From: Camelus ferus
Taxonomy: Eukaryota
DNA: 64,000 nt
Assembly: GCF_009834535.1 (NCBI RefSeq)
Contig: NC_045697.1
Coordinates: 48,238,001-48,302,000, forward strand
Direction of reading: 5' to 3'
Shown: positions 53,105 through 64,000 of the stretch, one piece after another
How positions within the stretch are numbered: the stretch's first letter is position 1
Layout: each line of letters starts with the position of its first letter
Position numbers and translations under genes: made by a program
Notes under the pieces: generated by a model
Told to the model about the DNA's origin: nothing
Seen by the model: only the letters and a program-made list of their open reading frames with translations
Databases searched by the model: none

Positions 53105-53670
53105 GGAGATTTTTGGTTCACTCTAGTATAGAGTGAGATTATTAACTGAGATTATTGAATGACCGCATTTTGCAACATTTATTGTCATTTTCCTTTTCTC
53201 CTTATTTTACTTGGCACACTCAAATAGCTTTTGTGCACATGTCCGGTATTTGTATGACTTCTGTGTCTGGATTTATCTTTAAACGAAAAGAAAAAGGTAG
53301 TGGCTTTTCACTACTATTTCAGTACAGAAGGCCAGTGATAAAACACATACTGTAGTATGAGAATGTGGGTGGTTTGACACTAGTAGCTGTTTAAGGTTTT
53401 CCAGCATGTACTAGGGACCTGCCTCACTTTGAGATTTTGTTCAGCCATAGGGTTAGGAGAATCCCAAGTTCACTGAAGGAATTTAGGAAGTTTTGGTCTA
53501 TAAAAAGTTATAATTTTTCTTCCATTCTTCCTTTAAAATTATATCCACTTTTGAAAAGTGAATACAGTTCATTGTATTTGAAGTGCTTTCTTATACATTC
53601 CATGGCTCTTTGTGACTATCTCGTAGATTAGGTATAATACCTGATAGATTAGGAAAGTTTAAGAAAACTC
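53105..53670 (+). pseudogene. Endogenous filovirus-like VP40 (element A)
   Basis: FWFTL~IWLPL; LLSFSFSPYFTWHTQIAFVHM~LLTGSYTITQFTHNGQKFVRV (MARV); ILFSHRVRRI~ISFHPKLRPI; LCDY~LQDF; LGIIPDRL~MGIEVPETL. Confidence 0.7.
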
Positions 53671-53704
53671 CCTCAAAGAAACTCCCTCAAAGTCATATGA
53701 CTTT

Positions 53705-53990
53705 ATGGTAAAGGTAGGACCCATTTATATCCAAATAGTCACTGTATTACATGGGTCCAAACTAAAGTTACTGTTACAGAAGACTTCTGAATTGCTTCAG
53801 TTTATAGAAAGAGTGATAAATTTCTTATTCGACATAAGTTTTCAAACTCTAAACCAGTTGCCTTTATTATGTAACCTTATTTGGATAATTGGTTTAAACA
53901 GGGAATATAATTACTTCATTTATACCATAGAATTATGAGACTTAGGGGTTCAAGATTTTTGGACCCTTAACTTCAGATGTGTGATTGAAC
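53705..53990 (+). pseudogene. Filovirus VP30-like C-terminal domain (element A)
   Basis: GPIYIQIVTVL~GPKITLLTLI; RHKFSNS~RKFSKS; QLPLLC..GL~QLSLLC..GL. Confidence 0.78.
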
Positions 53991-54024
53991 TTGGTTTAAT
54001 AGTAAAGGCACATAATTAACTCTG

Positions 54025-54230
54025 AAGTCACATCTGGACAGATGCAAGGAAGATTTACACCTGTAGAAGTAGATGACCAAGTAAACTAAACTCTTATTAA
54101 CAGTGTTAAACAAAGGAAAGTCTCCAGTTATACTAGAAGACAGGGGGGCTACAGCCAACAGGCTAGATGTCTGTGTTGTCAAATGATCCACCAAGGACCC
54201 AACTATTCCTTTATCACATATTAATTAACA
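54025..54230 (+). pseudogene. Filovirus-like L N-terminus (element A)
   Basis: DAR..TPVEVDDQ~DARLSSPIVLDQ; SSYT~SSYS; TIPLSHI~TLPIDFI. Confidence 0.65.
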
Positions 54231-56134
54231 TCAACTATAAAGAACCCACCATGGATAAGGTACTAAACCCCTGATTTCAGGTTCTGCTTTTAGAGAATCC
54301 AAGGTGAGACTGGTAGCTTTGTATGTACTGATGAGGGGGGTCCTACAAGATATAAGAGAATTGTAAACTATTTTTAAATGCTAAGGTGTAAAACAGTGTA
54401 CTATGATTCTACTTTGTGGAAAATTAAGTAGATAGATAGATAGATATAGAGAAACTCTGAAAGAAACGTTTCTTTTACAAAAAAAAATCATAATTGCTAG
54501 GGGAAGAACAGGAAGGAGACAATTTTTTTTAAGTGAGCAAATGAACATGTAAAAAAAAACAAAATTCAAGAGAAAATACAGTGAGTATTAAGAGTTCAAG
54601 GAAAGCTGATGAAGAAAAAAATGGTAACAGACTGATGTCTTATATCGCCAATATTCAGAAATCTTAAATCTCAAATAAAGTCTCAAAATGCTTTAAGTTA
54701 AGGATTATAGGACAGGCATAAGTAATTCATGGGGAAACAAGTAGCCATTAAGCATATGAACTGTCCTCAAATTAATAAACAACCAAAGAAAATATGCTCT
54801 CATTTTTCAACTTTCAGCTGAACAAGGATTAGAGAATGCCACCTGGAATTGAGAGGATGCAGGACGATGCCAATTCCTGTTGCTAATGCAGTTATAGGGG
54901 CCATTAGATCAAGGTTTGGAAAGTAAACCTAGACTTTGACCCTGCTGCTCTAATTCCTTAGGATAATCTCCATAAATAGACAAATACAAGGCATTCAGAG
55001 TTTGCACAATATACCAGTGACCACTCTGCTAGATGATAAAAAAGGTCCTAAACTCCAGAGACCGCTCCAAGAAAATGAGGAGCCAACCCCATTAAAGAGT
55101 TGAGGAAGGCTTCCCTGAGGAACTGAATGAAATACTTGCAAATTAATCAATAGTTCAGTTAGGTTTGTGACTTTAGATAAAGGAATACACAGCTAATCTC
55201 TCACCCTAGACAGTCTCCATTCTCAGGTGATTTCACTTTTGAGAATAGCTGTCTTTAGACAAAGACCACATCACTTACATCATGCCCTGTCCTGGTATCC
55301 CCACTCAGAACCCCAGGAGTTCTAGGAACTAACTTTTCCCACATCCAGCCAACGATTCCTCTTGATTACACCTCATAAATATTCTTCTAGCTAGTTTGTT
55401 TTCTCCATTTCCAATCCTGCCATGCTGGTCCAAGCTACCACCTGTTCATACCAGGCAGGACTCAGTTAAAAAAGGCATCCCTTGCCCACACTTACTCCAT
55501 TTTTATTTTCTATGGAAAAAAAAAAGTAATTTATAAAATGAAGTTTGATCACCAACATACCTCCCATCACCCAATTATACTTAACATCCTTGCTGGTCCT
55601 GGTAAGGATTTTGAACATTATCATATATGTAACTAGGAAGCTATTAAAAAGTTATCTAATGCCCAGCTTCCTCTCTGCTAGTTCAGCAAGTGAATGCTTC
55701 AGACATGGAGCTACACATCACAAAATTTGAGCATCCTTCAGAATTGTTATCTGTCCTCACGATGATCAGTCTGGTGGGGGAAAGTTATAAATGAATATGT
55801 GGTCATAAATAGACCAAGTAAATGAGGGCTAGCACATAGGGTTGTGAGCAAGGAATGAAGTAGAGGCACTTAAGCTGAGACAACAACATTTCAGCTGAAA
55901 TCTAAAGGGTAACTAATAGCCTCAACCTTGGGGCAAGGAAGGGTGGATGCACAGGAACCAAATCTGTAAATGTCCATTGGCCTCATTTCTTTGCTCTTGA
56001 CCCAATATGAATGAAGTAACTTGAGGAAGACTGGCAAAGCCAAAGGGCAAATGTGGCAAGTCTAGAGGAGTCCCTGGGAAGGACAGAAAAGGTTGGAGGA
56101 GGTAAAGAGGTAACTAAGCCATAATAGTATTTTC

Positions 56135-56610
56135 TGAATTGTTAATTATCTGGTATAGATAATCTGCCAAGACTCAGAGTAAGTTGGTGGTAAACACTGC
56201 ACTAGCACCCAATTGTCCTAAAACCTCCCAGTATCCAAGAGATGTCTTGGCTCTAGGACATATTACTAAAGGCGAAAATGCAAGGCTCCAGATTCACGTG
56301 TGCCCTCCATCCAGTAAGGAGACTTGTCTCTCCATCACACATGGCCCCTGGGGCCCAGGAGGACATGTATCTCAGGTGGTCTCATGCCTCTCGAGGCAGA
56401 GAATATAAGGGACTGGTCAAGGGCCTAGTCCTTGGAGTGCTTCTGCTCCCACTCGACTAGGACTACTCCACTCTGACCTGTTGCTACTAGGTCTAGCAGT
56501 GTTTAAACAAAAAATGCAAAAACCTGAGTCTGGTTTTAGCTCTACTCCAGCAAAGGCATAAGTACTTCTAGCAGTAAAATGGAAGTTGAGAGCAGCAAAA
56601 GAATCTTAAC
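56135..56610 (+). pseudogene. Endogenous filovirus-like NP core fragment
   Basis: LGHI~LDHI; LHPVRR~LHPLAR; EYKGLVKGLVLGV~EYAPFARLLNLSGV; LGLA~LGVA; LRAAKES~LREAATEA. Confidence 0.72.
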
Positions 56611-56818
56611 ATCTAGAACTCTCACTGTAGGCACACAGGTGTCTAGCCTTCATACCTGCAGCTCACAGCTGACATGAGAGTCTAGGTGTTGTGGGGTGGG
56701 CCTATTTTAAGACAGTTCACCATGAGCTTTCAACTCAATGTCTCATTCAAAAATCTCCCAACCAACGTGAGGCAGATAATAACCAGCTTGGGTCATCCAG
56801 CAATTAACCATTCGTCAA

Positions 56819-57850
56819 ATGTATCTCCATTCTACTCCAAAGCCATGTAAGTCCTAAAACTCCAGAACAGTAGGATTTCCCTGAGTCCACTCTGCACAGA
56901 CCCCACACCTGGTGAGACCAGCACTTTATGACCACCATATCCACCCTCATCCTCTGAGGGTTTGCTTTTTTCACTCTTTCTCCTTGGAGGTGGGATAGTG
57001 AAGAACACGCCTTTCCAGGGTACTTTCCTACAGGGTGGGGAACTAAGTGGTCCTCACATCTGTGAATACTGACAATATTTTGGCTGTAGTCACAATTTGG
57101 ACACTGGTTGCCACCATAACTGAACCAGCCCCTACTGTCACCTCTAAAACACATTCTTTCAAGAGTCATTATTTTTCCTCCACTAGTGGCATAAGAATAC
57201 ACAGTTGTCAACTCTCAGCCAATTTGAAATGAATGCTACCTCTTCTGGCCCAAAAAACTAAGCCACTGAAAATGGGCACACTTTAAGTTCACAGTGTGCT
57301 TTAGAACATTTACTAAATTCCCTAAAAGCTGGAAAATTGTAGGAGGCATAGTAGATTATCAGCTGATCCGCAGAAAGCCTACAGGTCAGTTCCCTTATAA
57401 GTATACAGGAATTGCTACCCAGGAGAAGCTTCTGAATGAATTTCACAGTTACAACTAGCAAGGGGGAGTGGCCGAGACTTGAATGCAAATAGAAACACAA
57501 CCAAAATTTTAAACTTCATTCAATTTTTTAAAATTGTGGCTACTAGACTACTTAAAATGGTGACATGTGGCACCCAGTATCTCTCTGTTGGACAGTGCTG
57601 CCCTCTAGGCAATTAGGAGGTGGATCCTTGTGCTGAGAGAAGAACAGTTCAGAAGTATCAGAAGGACAATCCCTATCTGGGGTTGTGGATGCTCTAGCAA
57701 GGCCATGGGATGCCTGCAACCTTGTCATTCTGGTCTGCTCCCTGGAAGGCTCAGCATATTATACCCCTTCTCCCCATTCCATTTCCAAGAGACAGTGCCT
57801 AGATTTCTCAGCTGATTAGACCCAGATAGAATGGTTGTCTTCAACAGGCT
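56819..57850 (+). pseudogene. Endogenous filovirus-like NP (element B)
   Basis: ATG at 56819: MYLH/LLQSHVSPKTP~MDLHSLLELGTKPTAP; ISTLIL*GF~ICQLIIQAF; QFEMNAT/LFWPK~QFLSFASLFLPK; FPKSWKIVG..YQLIR~YPTAWQSVG..FRLMR; ARGSG~ARFSG; LAR/HG~LAKHG. Motif spacing is colinear. Confidence 0.9.
57503..57600. mobile_element. MER33-like hAT-Charlie end inserted in NP
   Basis: tgtggctactaga...catgtggc...ttggacagtgctg terminal sequence. Confidence 0.75.
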
Positions 57851-58084
57851 TTATTCTGCTGGACTAAAATGAGAGTTAAGTAATTGAAAGTAAAAGACAG
57901 TGTAGATAAAGATGTGGGCTGGTTCTACTCAGGATATAAGCCATCAGTTAGTTTTTCTACATCACATTAACACAGCCTCCCAGAATTCCACTTTAATATG
58001 TCACCAATTTTCATATCCATAAGGCTGCTACCATAGACAATCAATGGCTTAGGTGATCCTCCATTAAGAGATCACTGGTACCTA

Positions 58085-58800
58085 CACACAGCTCACATGG
58101 CCTCATGGTTACACTACGGCTGTCATCCTGTGCAATAGGAGCCCTTGCAGGCTTATCCTCCTACTCTTACACTGAGCTCAGGTTCGAGTGACTCATCTCA
58201 AGGCAAGCAAAGAGTTAAAGTCTTGGTTCCCCTCATAGTTAGAGCCTCCCTGACCTAGGACTACACTGGCCTGTGAATAACCCAACCTGACGACCTACAA
58301 GTGGCCTAAAAAGCCTGTCTCCAGACACAAATTCGGCTTTGTTTTGCTTCATTTGACAGGCTTTTCAAAGAGGCTAACCATTTCAGAGGGTAACCATTGC
58401 ATATTGTTTTCTGTCAAAGGCCTTAGGACTTTGAACTACTTGACCAGGGCAGAGAAAACAAGTCTTTCACAGGGTCTAGACCATCCAGGACTTGGAAATA
58501 TCATGCTGAGCTATTTTGTACAAGTTATAGAAGTCACATGTAGAGACAGACTATCCCTAATATGTGTGCTTTAAAATGGTCCTCAGAGTTAGACTCCTGG
58601 GAGCTAGGTTCTCCTGCCTTAGTTTCTAGGTAGCATGAGAGTTGGAAGAGCAGCTGTTCCTCTGCACAGCTTCACACCCTGCTTAGAACAGAGCCCTAGT
58701 TCCCCATGGCTTCTCTCTCACCTGCCAACCACCTAGTAATTAAGCTCAGATCCATCTTGGGAACAGAGTCTGTAGGAAAAGTGGTCACCCTCAAGAGGAA
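58085..58800 (+). pseudogene. Endogenous filovirus-like VP35 (element B)
   Basis: HGLMV..A/LQAY~YDLLV..ATEAY; SVKGLR~SAKDLR; DHPGLG..FVQVIEVTCRDRLSL~DHLPGFG..LVQVICKLGKDSNSL; DPSW~DRGW; GKVVTLK~GKTLGLK. Confidence 0.88.
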
Positions 58801-58824
58801 ACCTGTGCTGAGCAGATCCATGTG

Positions 58825-59025
58825 TAAGAGCAGGAAAGACACTAGAAAAGATAGTCAAGTTCAAGAATTCACTGGATATGGAGGACTTAAAGGCATCAAT
58901 GTCCCCACAAGAAAGGGTTTGTTGCTCCAGATGCTGAGAGGGCTGTCAGCAGCCTCCAGCCACCCTTCCTGCTGTCTCTGCTGTGGGGACATGACCTCCT
59001 CCTGACAGTAACATTCAATTATTGA
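58825..59025 (+). pseudogene. Filovirus VP30-like N-terminal segment (element B)
   Basis: TRKDSQVQEFT~SRSASQVRVPT; CPHKKGFV~CPTLKKGFL; HDLLLTV~RELLLLI. Confidence 0.75.
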
Positions 59026-59324
59026 CTGCAGAAGGCATATGACAGCCAGCCATTTCAAACCACTGTAGACGCCACCCTAGATGGCCATACATATGCAGAT
59101 GCTCCCGTGGGCCTAGGCAAGGCACTGCTGTGCCTACACTGCACTGTTGTGCAACTGTTCCCCAATCCCACTTCCTTTCCCATCCCTTTCACAGGATTTC
59201 AGCTCTAATAAGGGCCTTCATGCCAAAGTCCACCTCAATCTCTAATTCCCAACAACCCAACCTACAACATCAAACAAAAGGGACACAGAAACATTCTATG
59301 CCTTTTTGCCCAGTTGTCTGGTCA

Positions 59325-59900
59325 TCATCATGACAAAGTCCTTCGCAATCTACACCCTCCCAAATGAGGGGACTTACCCAGTTCTGGTACCTCTAGAACA
59401 CGCCGTGGTTTCCAGGCTCCTCTAGTTTCTAGTTACATGCCAACTCTTACAACTTTTAATGGCCCTGGAGTCTGGTTTTATCCTCTGACATGTTAGCCTG
59501 CCTAGTGTTAGATGAGAGAAGGCCTCGGTGAGGAGCTATCATCTGTGTCTAAACATAGATGTCTAAAAAGCTAAGTTGTTCTTTCTCCTAGAGTTAGAGG
59601 ATGGTACCATAAAAGGTGATCAAATTGTCTGGATAGTTTAAGAACTGGCTGTATATATTCTTTAACTCCAGAGAGGGTCCCAACACAGAGTAACCACTAG
59701 TAGAGGGAGGCAAGTTATCAAATATCCATGTTCCCACCACTGGAACACTCAGAGAAATTGAAACTCTGTACTGCTACCTCTTCTGTGAGACCCGAAAACA
59801 ATGTAGATGCATCCTCTGCTCATGTAAACCCAATGGTGTCTATAAAATATGCTAGACTGAGTCAGAACTGGTTTTTAAACCCAGTTAAAAACCCAAGCTG
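59325..59900 (+). pseudogene. Endogenous filovirus-like VP40 (element B)
   Basis: PVLVPLEHA~PIWLPLGVA; LVSSYMPT~MLASYTIT; GPGVWFYPL~GPGIPDHPL; VLSP~VLPP; LTPERV~LTSPEKI; NIHVPTT~GIEVPET; LNPV~LDPV. Confidence 0.8.
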
Positions 59901-59984
59901 AATTACCTTAAGATGTCGACATGTAACTTCCCAATGTGATAACAGACTATAGCCCCAAGGTGGTTAAAAATTTAAAAAAAAAAA

Positions 59985-60210
59985 GGATTCTATAAGAACT
60001 GTCTTGACTAAGAGCACTTTACAGTGTTCTATCTGAAAATTTTCAGCTTCTCTGGAAAACCAGAGTTCAAAGAATTTTGAACCCAAGTTAAATAGCTGTA
60101 AATCCAGATTGCAAGGGATATAATCTGTAATTTGATCTAATGATTGGCAAATTGTTGATACCCTTCAGTCAGTGTACCAATACACATTACGCCACAATGA
60201 ACCTGTGGGT
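59985..60210 (+). pseudogene. Filovirus VP30-like C-terminal domain (element B)
   Basis: IRTV..LRALYSV~IRTIEDSKLRALLTL; DTLQSVYQ~EPVLEVYQ. Confidence 0.65.
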
Positions 60211-60249
60211 GACACCAGCAAGTTCAGCTGCACACAAGTGCAGGGGTGT

Positions 60250-62345
60250 ACACAGTGATGAGCTGTGGTCTTCTCTGCTGTTTCCCTACCAAATCCATAT
60301 CCTTTCATTTACTGTGCTTCATCCTTATCTTCCCCACCTAAGAAAAATTACATGAACCCTAGAGGCCAAGAAAAGTTCCTATGTTCAGTCCCTACCATCA
60401 ATATCCCAAAAATGAACCCAGAATATACACTTAGTCATATTTACCCCTAATCATGCATTCTCTCCATCCACAGGAGGAAATGCAAAAGTTTACTTGTAGA
60501 AAAGGAAGCAGGCTGCTCAACTACAGGTCCTCTGGCTACTTTTGAAAACATGATATCCTTCACTCCTGTGACACCATCCCATCACCTAGGTGTGTGCCAT
60601 TGATACATAACAAGAGCTACCTCTTGCTTCACTGGGACATCTGGCTCTGCTTTAGCCTTCTGAGTCCATTTCCCCACTGAGGGTCTCTGTCTACGTTCTG
60701 CCGAACAGTTTTTGTTTCACATCACATGCTTGAGAAATATTTTCCTGTTACTTAACCTATTCTCTTTCCCCCAAACCACCTCCGTCCAAGGCTATATACG
60801 TAGGATATCCCTTTGGACCATCTAGTCAGTCACAGCTGGTTTCTTCCCCCAAGAAAGCCTTCTCAAAACATTCCTGGTGAGCCTCCAACTCACCTGAGGC
60901 TTCCAAGCAACACAGAGCTCTGCTGCACGATCATGGGCTACCATCTCCTGGCTGCAACACTGACCTAGTCCCAGCATGTCTGCCCCACAGGTCAGCCTTG
61001 GACTTGTCTGATTCCCCTACCTGCACTTCCACCAGGAAGGGAGAGGAACACTCACATCTTATAAGGCATAGATATGAGGGAATTATCCAATAGCAATGTC
61101 CTAGGGAGTTAGATGCCTCACTGAGTCTCGACTCTACAAGATCTCTACTCACAGACAGCCGGCTCATACACCCTTGTCTGTTTTTTTGACCCATCTATTC
61201 AAAAAAGCCAGATGAGAATATCTGCTTAGCTCTCTGTAGACCCCAAGTGCAGATTTGCCTTAACAGAGAATTCTAGGCTTGATTGTTGCTGCTGGTTGGG
61301 GTAAGGTTGGTCCCTGAGTGACAGCATATGGAAGGCAGACCTCAATATGAAAGATTTCATACGAAAAGAGAGCAGGCCCTTACTGATTGAACGGGTACAT
61401 CAATTATTCCTTTTCCATGCGTCCCCCAAAGAAACTGGCAAAGTTTCTATCAAGAATCCAAGGATTTCCTCCCAAGGATTTGTAACCAAGGCTATGTCTT
61501 CAGCCTGGCTCACAGTACAACAATTGATCAGTTTGAAATGTAGATGAAAAACACAGTGCTACCACAATAATGATATCAATGGTACAGGTTACGGAGTATC
61601 GGAACACCAACACTGGCTCAACAGAAGCTCCCCTTGGATGTCCGCGTGCCCACTACAGTGAGTGGCCCCAGGCCCCGTCACAGCTCAGAATCACAGGCCT
61701 GCCTGTGATCTAGAATTCCTCCACACATGTAGCATTCCCAGCTCTGGAAACAGTTTAACACATTGACCCACGAGGCTAGTAAAGGATGTTATATGTCCAC
61801 TAATCCCTGACATGTCTGTATGTATCTGAGATATTCTTACCTACCTGTTAGAAAATATGGAAGCTAAGCCTTAATACTGAATATAGTTTCCTAAAACAAG
61901 GAATTAAACATTTGACATTTCTCACGTCCGAGTTCCATCCCACTCTGCAGACCAAGAACAATGGCAGGTGACTCATCACACTTGTTCACAAAAGGGACAG
62001 GGCTTGGTGTCAGTGTGTACCACCTGGACAAGAAACCCATCTCCACCACCACCACCCTCTGCCCCAAACTGACTAATGTCACTCAGTTCTCATGGCCAAA
62101 CCTTTAAGTACATGAGATCCTCTATCAGGCCTAGCTAGTACTGACCTACAGTACCTCAGGGCCAGATCATGGTTTACAACTGGCAAAAGCTGAAAGATAA
62201 GAAGTTTTTTAAAGGAAAAAGAAAAACTTCTGTCAGTATCACTATAGTGGTTTGGCATTAGGGAAGAGAGTTACATTGCACTTAGTAGCTGAATACTAAT
62301 TCTAATATCAAAGCACCTCAGCTATGCACTGATTTTGTCAGCCTT
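60250..62345 (+). pseudogene. Endogenous filovirus-like L, N-terminus to just past motif A (element B)
   Basis: CGL-x6-NP; KFLCSVP~KFLSDVP; *EYLLSSL~GDYLLSIL; WY/VTEYRN~WYSVTSDRN; EFLH~EFYH; DILTY~NVLSY; LK/KELNI/TF~LKEKELNIGRTF; TDLQYLRARSWFT~TDLEKYNLAFRYEFT; FGIR~YGVK. Confidence 0.9.
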
Positions 62346-62349
62346 GAAA

Positions 62350-64000
62350 AAATATGCCTCTGGGACTGCCTGCTTAACGGAGAGTGGTTGATCGATAGCT
62401 CCATGATGCATGACAAACCACCTTCAAGTGGAAAGATGTGGAAAACATACACTGACTCCTGGGCAGTGGCCGGTGGCCCTGCCATCTCATCAGGGTCTGG
62501 ATGGAGAAGGTCTGGAGATTAGACAAGATCTAGAAGAGGGCATATGGATATCCAAGATGTGCAGATTTTCATATCTCGTGTAAACACTCACTACAAAGCA
62601 CCCACCACCGAAGAGGCATAGTACAACCAGACAGACAAAATGGCTCTACCAGTTGACATCAGCCAGCCTTCACCAGCTAATGGGCAAGAGAACACAGTGG
62701 TCACGATTGTAGACGTGGAGGCTACGTAAGTGCCCAACTAAGTAGCCAGACTTTTCTTTGGAAAGTGGCACTCTGCTGCTCATTCTGAAAGCCAAACCTG
62801 TCAGTTAACAGTCGAGTCCCCAGTAGGATGGTATCCATGGAGACCACCACTTGCAACTTGGTAGCAAGCGAGCGAACTACCTCAACTCCATGGAGCCCCT
62901 TCCCTTACAGAAAAGCCATATATTAAGCCTCCCATGAATGGATACATTATCTTACTATGGGCTTTTATTTCCTGCTCATAGAGCCTCAAAAGAGTACCAC
63001 TTCCTGGGGGGTCTGCAATGCACCAGCCACAGGCATGTAATTCGAAAGAGCAACGCACCTAACGAGTGGATCACCTTACAAAAAAGGTGCAGGGTGAGCC
63101 CCTGATCAGGGCGTGCAAGATTGCATCACAAGACATTAATACCACTCAGAAGCAGCTAGACTTTCAGCAGAAAGTTGAAAGAAGCTTCAGAAAGCATAGC
63201 AGATGCACTAACTCAGTTAACTTGCTGTAAATTAGGATACCTTTTATCATGATGGAGTGTTTACACCAAAGAGCCATCAGTATGCTGCTATATCCCTAGT
63301 GGGAAGACTTTTTGGGTCCAGGTATCAGGAGATAAAAGCTTGATCTGTTCTACTTACCATCACTCCAAATGACACACTGGGTCGTTTCACGAGTCATCAT
63401 CATTGCAGGCATAACTGAATGATCAGCAAAAGGTTGGGCTACTTTTACATGATGAGAGCGGGGAAGGATGTGTACTGAACACAAGTCATCTGCTTGACTA
63501 TCTCCTCACACTTACTTTCCTTGCCTCCCTGTAACTCAGGGACAGTCAGCAGCCCAGGCTTGAAAATGATTAGTGAGGGTTCAGGCCCCTTGGATGATGG
63601 TTAGTTTCACACCACCAAACTTCAAATGAGGCAATAGCCAAGACTGAAGAGAATGTAGAGTGGAGAAGGGAGAAGGTAGGTATCAGTTGTGACCCAAGAT
63701 CAGCTCTGGTAAGGGGAGCTGTATTTTATCCCACTTCTATCCTCTGAAAGAGAGGGCTATGGGAGCCATGATGTTGCTGCTCTTTGGACCTAGGTAGAGA
63801 AGCAGATATGTGAGCACAAGGGGCAGACTGTGATGCCCATTAGAATGCCACACCTCCCACCATTGTTTTCAAACAATGACTGAGTGCAGCAGGGACTCTG
63901 GGGAAAGCCCATTCCTGCAAGAGCTGGGCTTCCTCTGAGGGGTGATTTCTGGTCTGTTAGTTGCCACTGACCATGCCAAACACTATTGCACCACAGTATA
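62350..64000 (+). mobile_element. ERVL pol (RNase H and integrase) remnant, PPT and 3' LTR start (near 63829)
   Basis: VNTHYKAPTTEEA*YNQTDKMALPVDISQP resembles ERVL pol; ggggcagac followed by TG marks the LTR junction. Confidence 0.85.

Noticed and set aside
58080..58660. Possible ERVL RT/RNase H reading (FLSKAL, VTCRDRLSL, RVGRA)
   Set aside because: The matches are scattered and weak. VP35 explains the region with more motifs in correct spacing.
60265..60330. YPFIYC resembling a bornavirus G motif
   Set aside because: Isolated match that lies within the colinear filovirus-like L N-terminus.

Overview
Mammalian intergenic DNA, most likely camelid (inferred from the young L1 3' UTR type and the absence of ruminant or pig SINEs). 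No intact host gene is visible. Much of the window is L1, ERVL/MaLR, ERV1 LTR, L2, MIR and DNA-transposon debris, plus one processed SLC25A16 pseudogene. The main observation is that most of the non-repeat DNA between these repeats, translated by hand through stops and frameshifts, resembles filovirus proteins. I count about 23 decayed segments (NP x5, VP35 x2, VP40 x2, VP30-like x4, VP24 x3, L x7) on both strands. Two multi-gene elements (about 45.0-54.2 kb and 56.8-62.3 kb) share a non-canonical order, NP-VP35-[VP30 Zn-finger half]-VP40-[VP30 C-terminal half]-L, with no GP or VP24. MIR, L2 and MER33 copies lie inside the viral elements, implying very old integration. All viral assignments are manual alignments to EBOV/MARV proteins recalled from memory and need tblastn/HMM confirmation. 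Boundaries are approximate.
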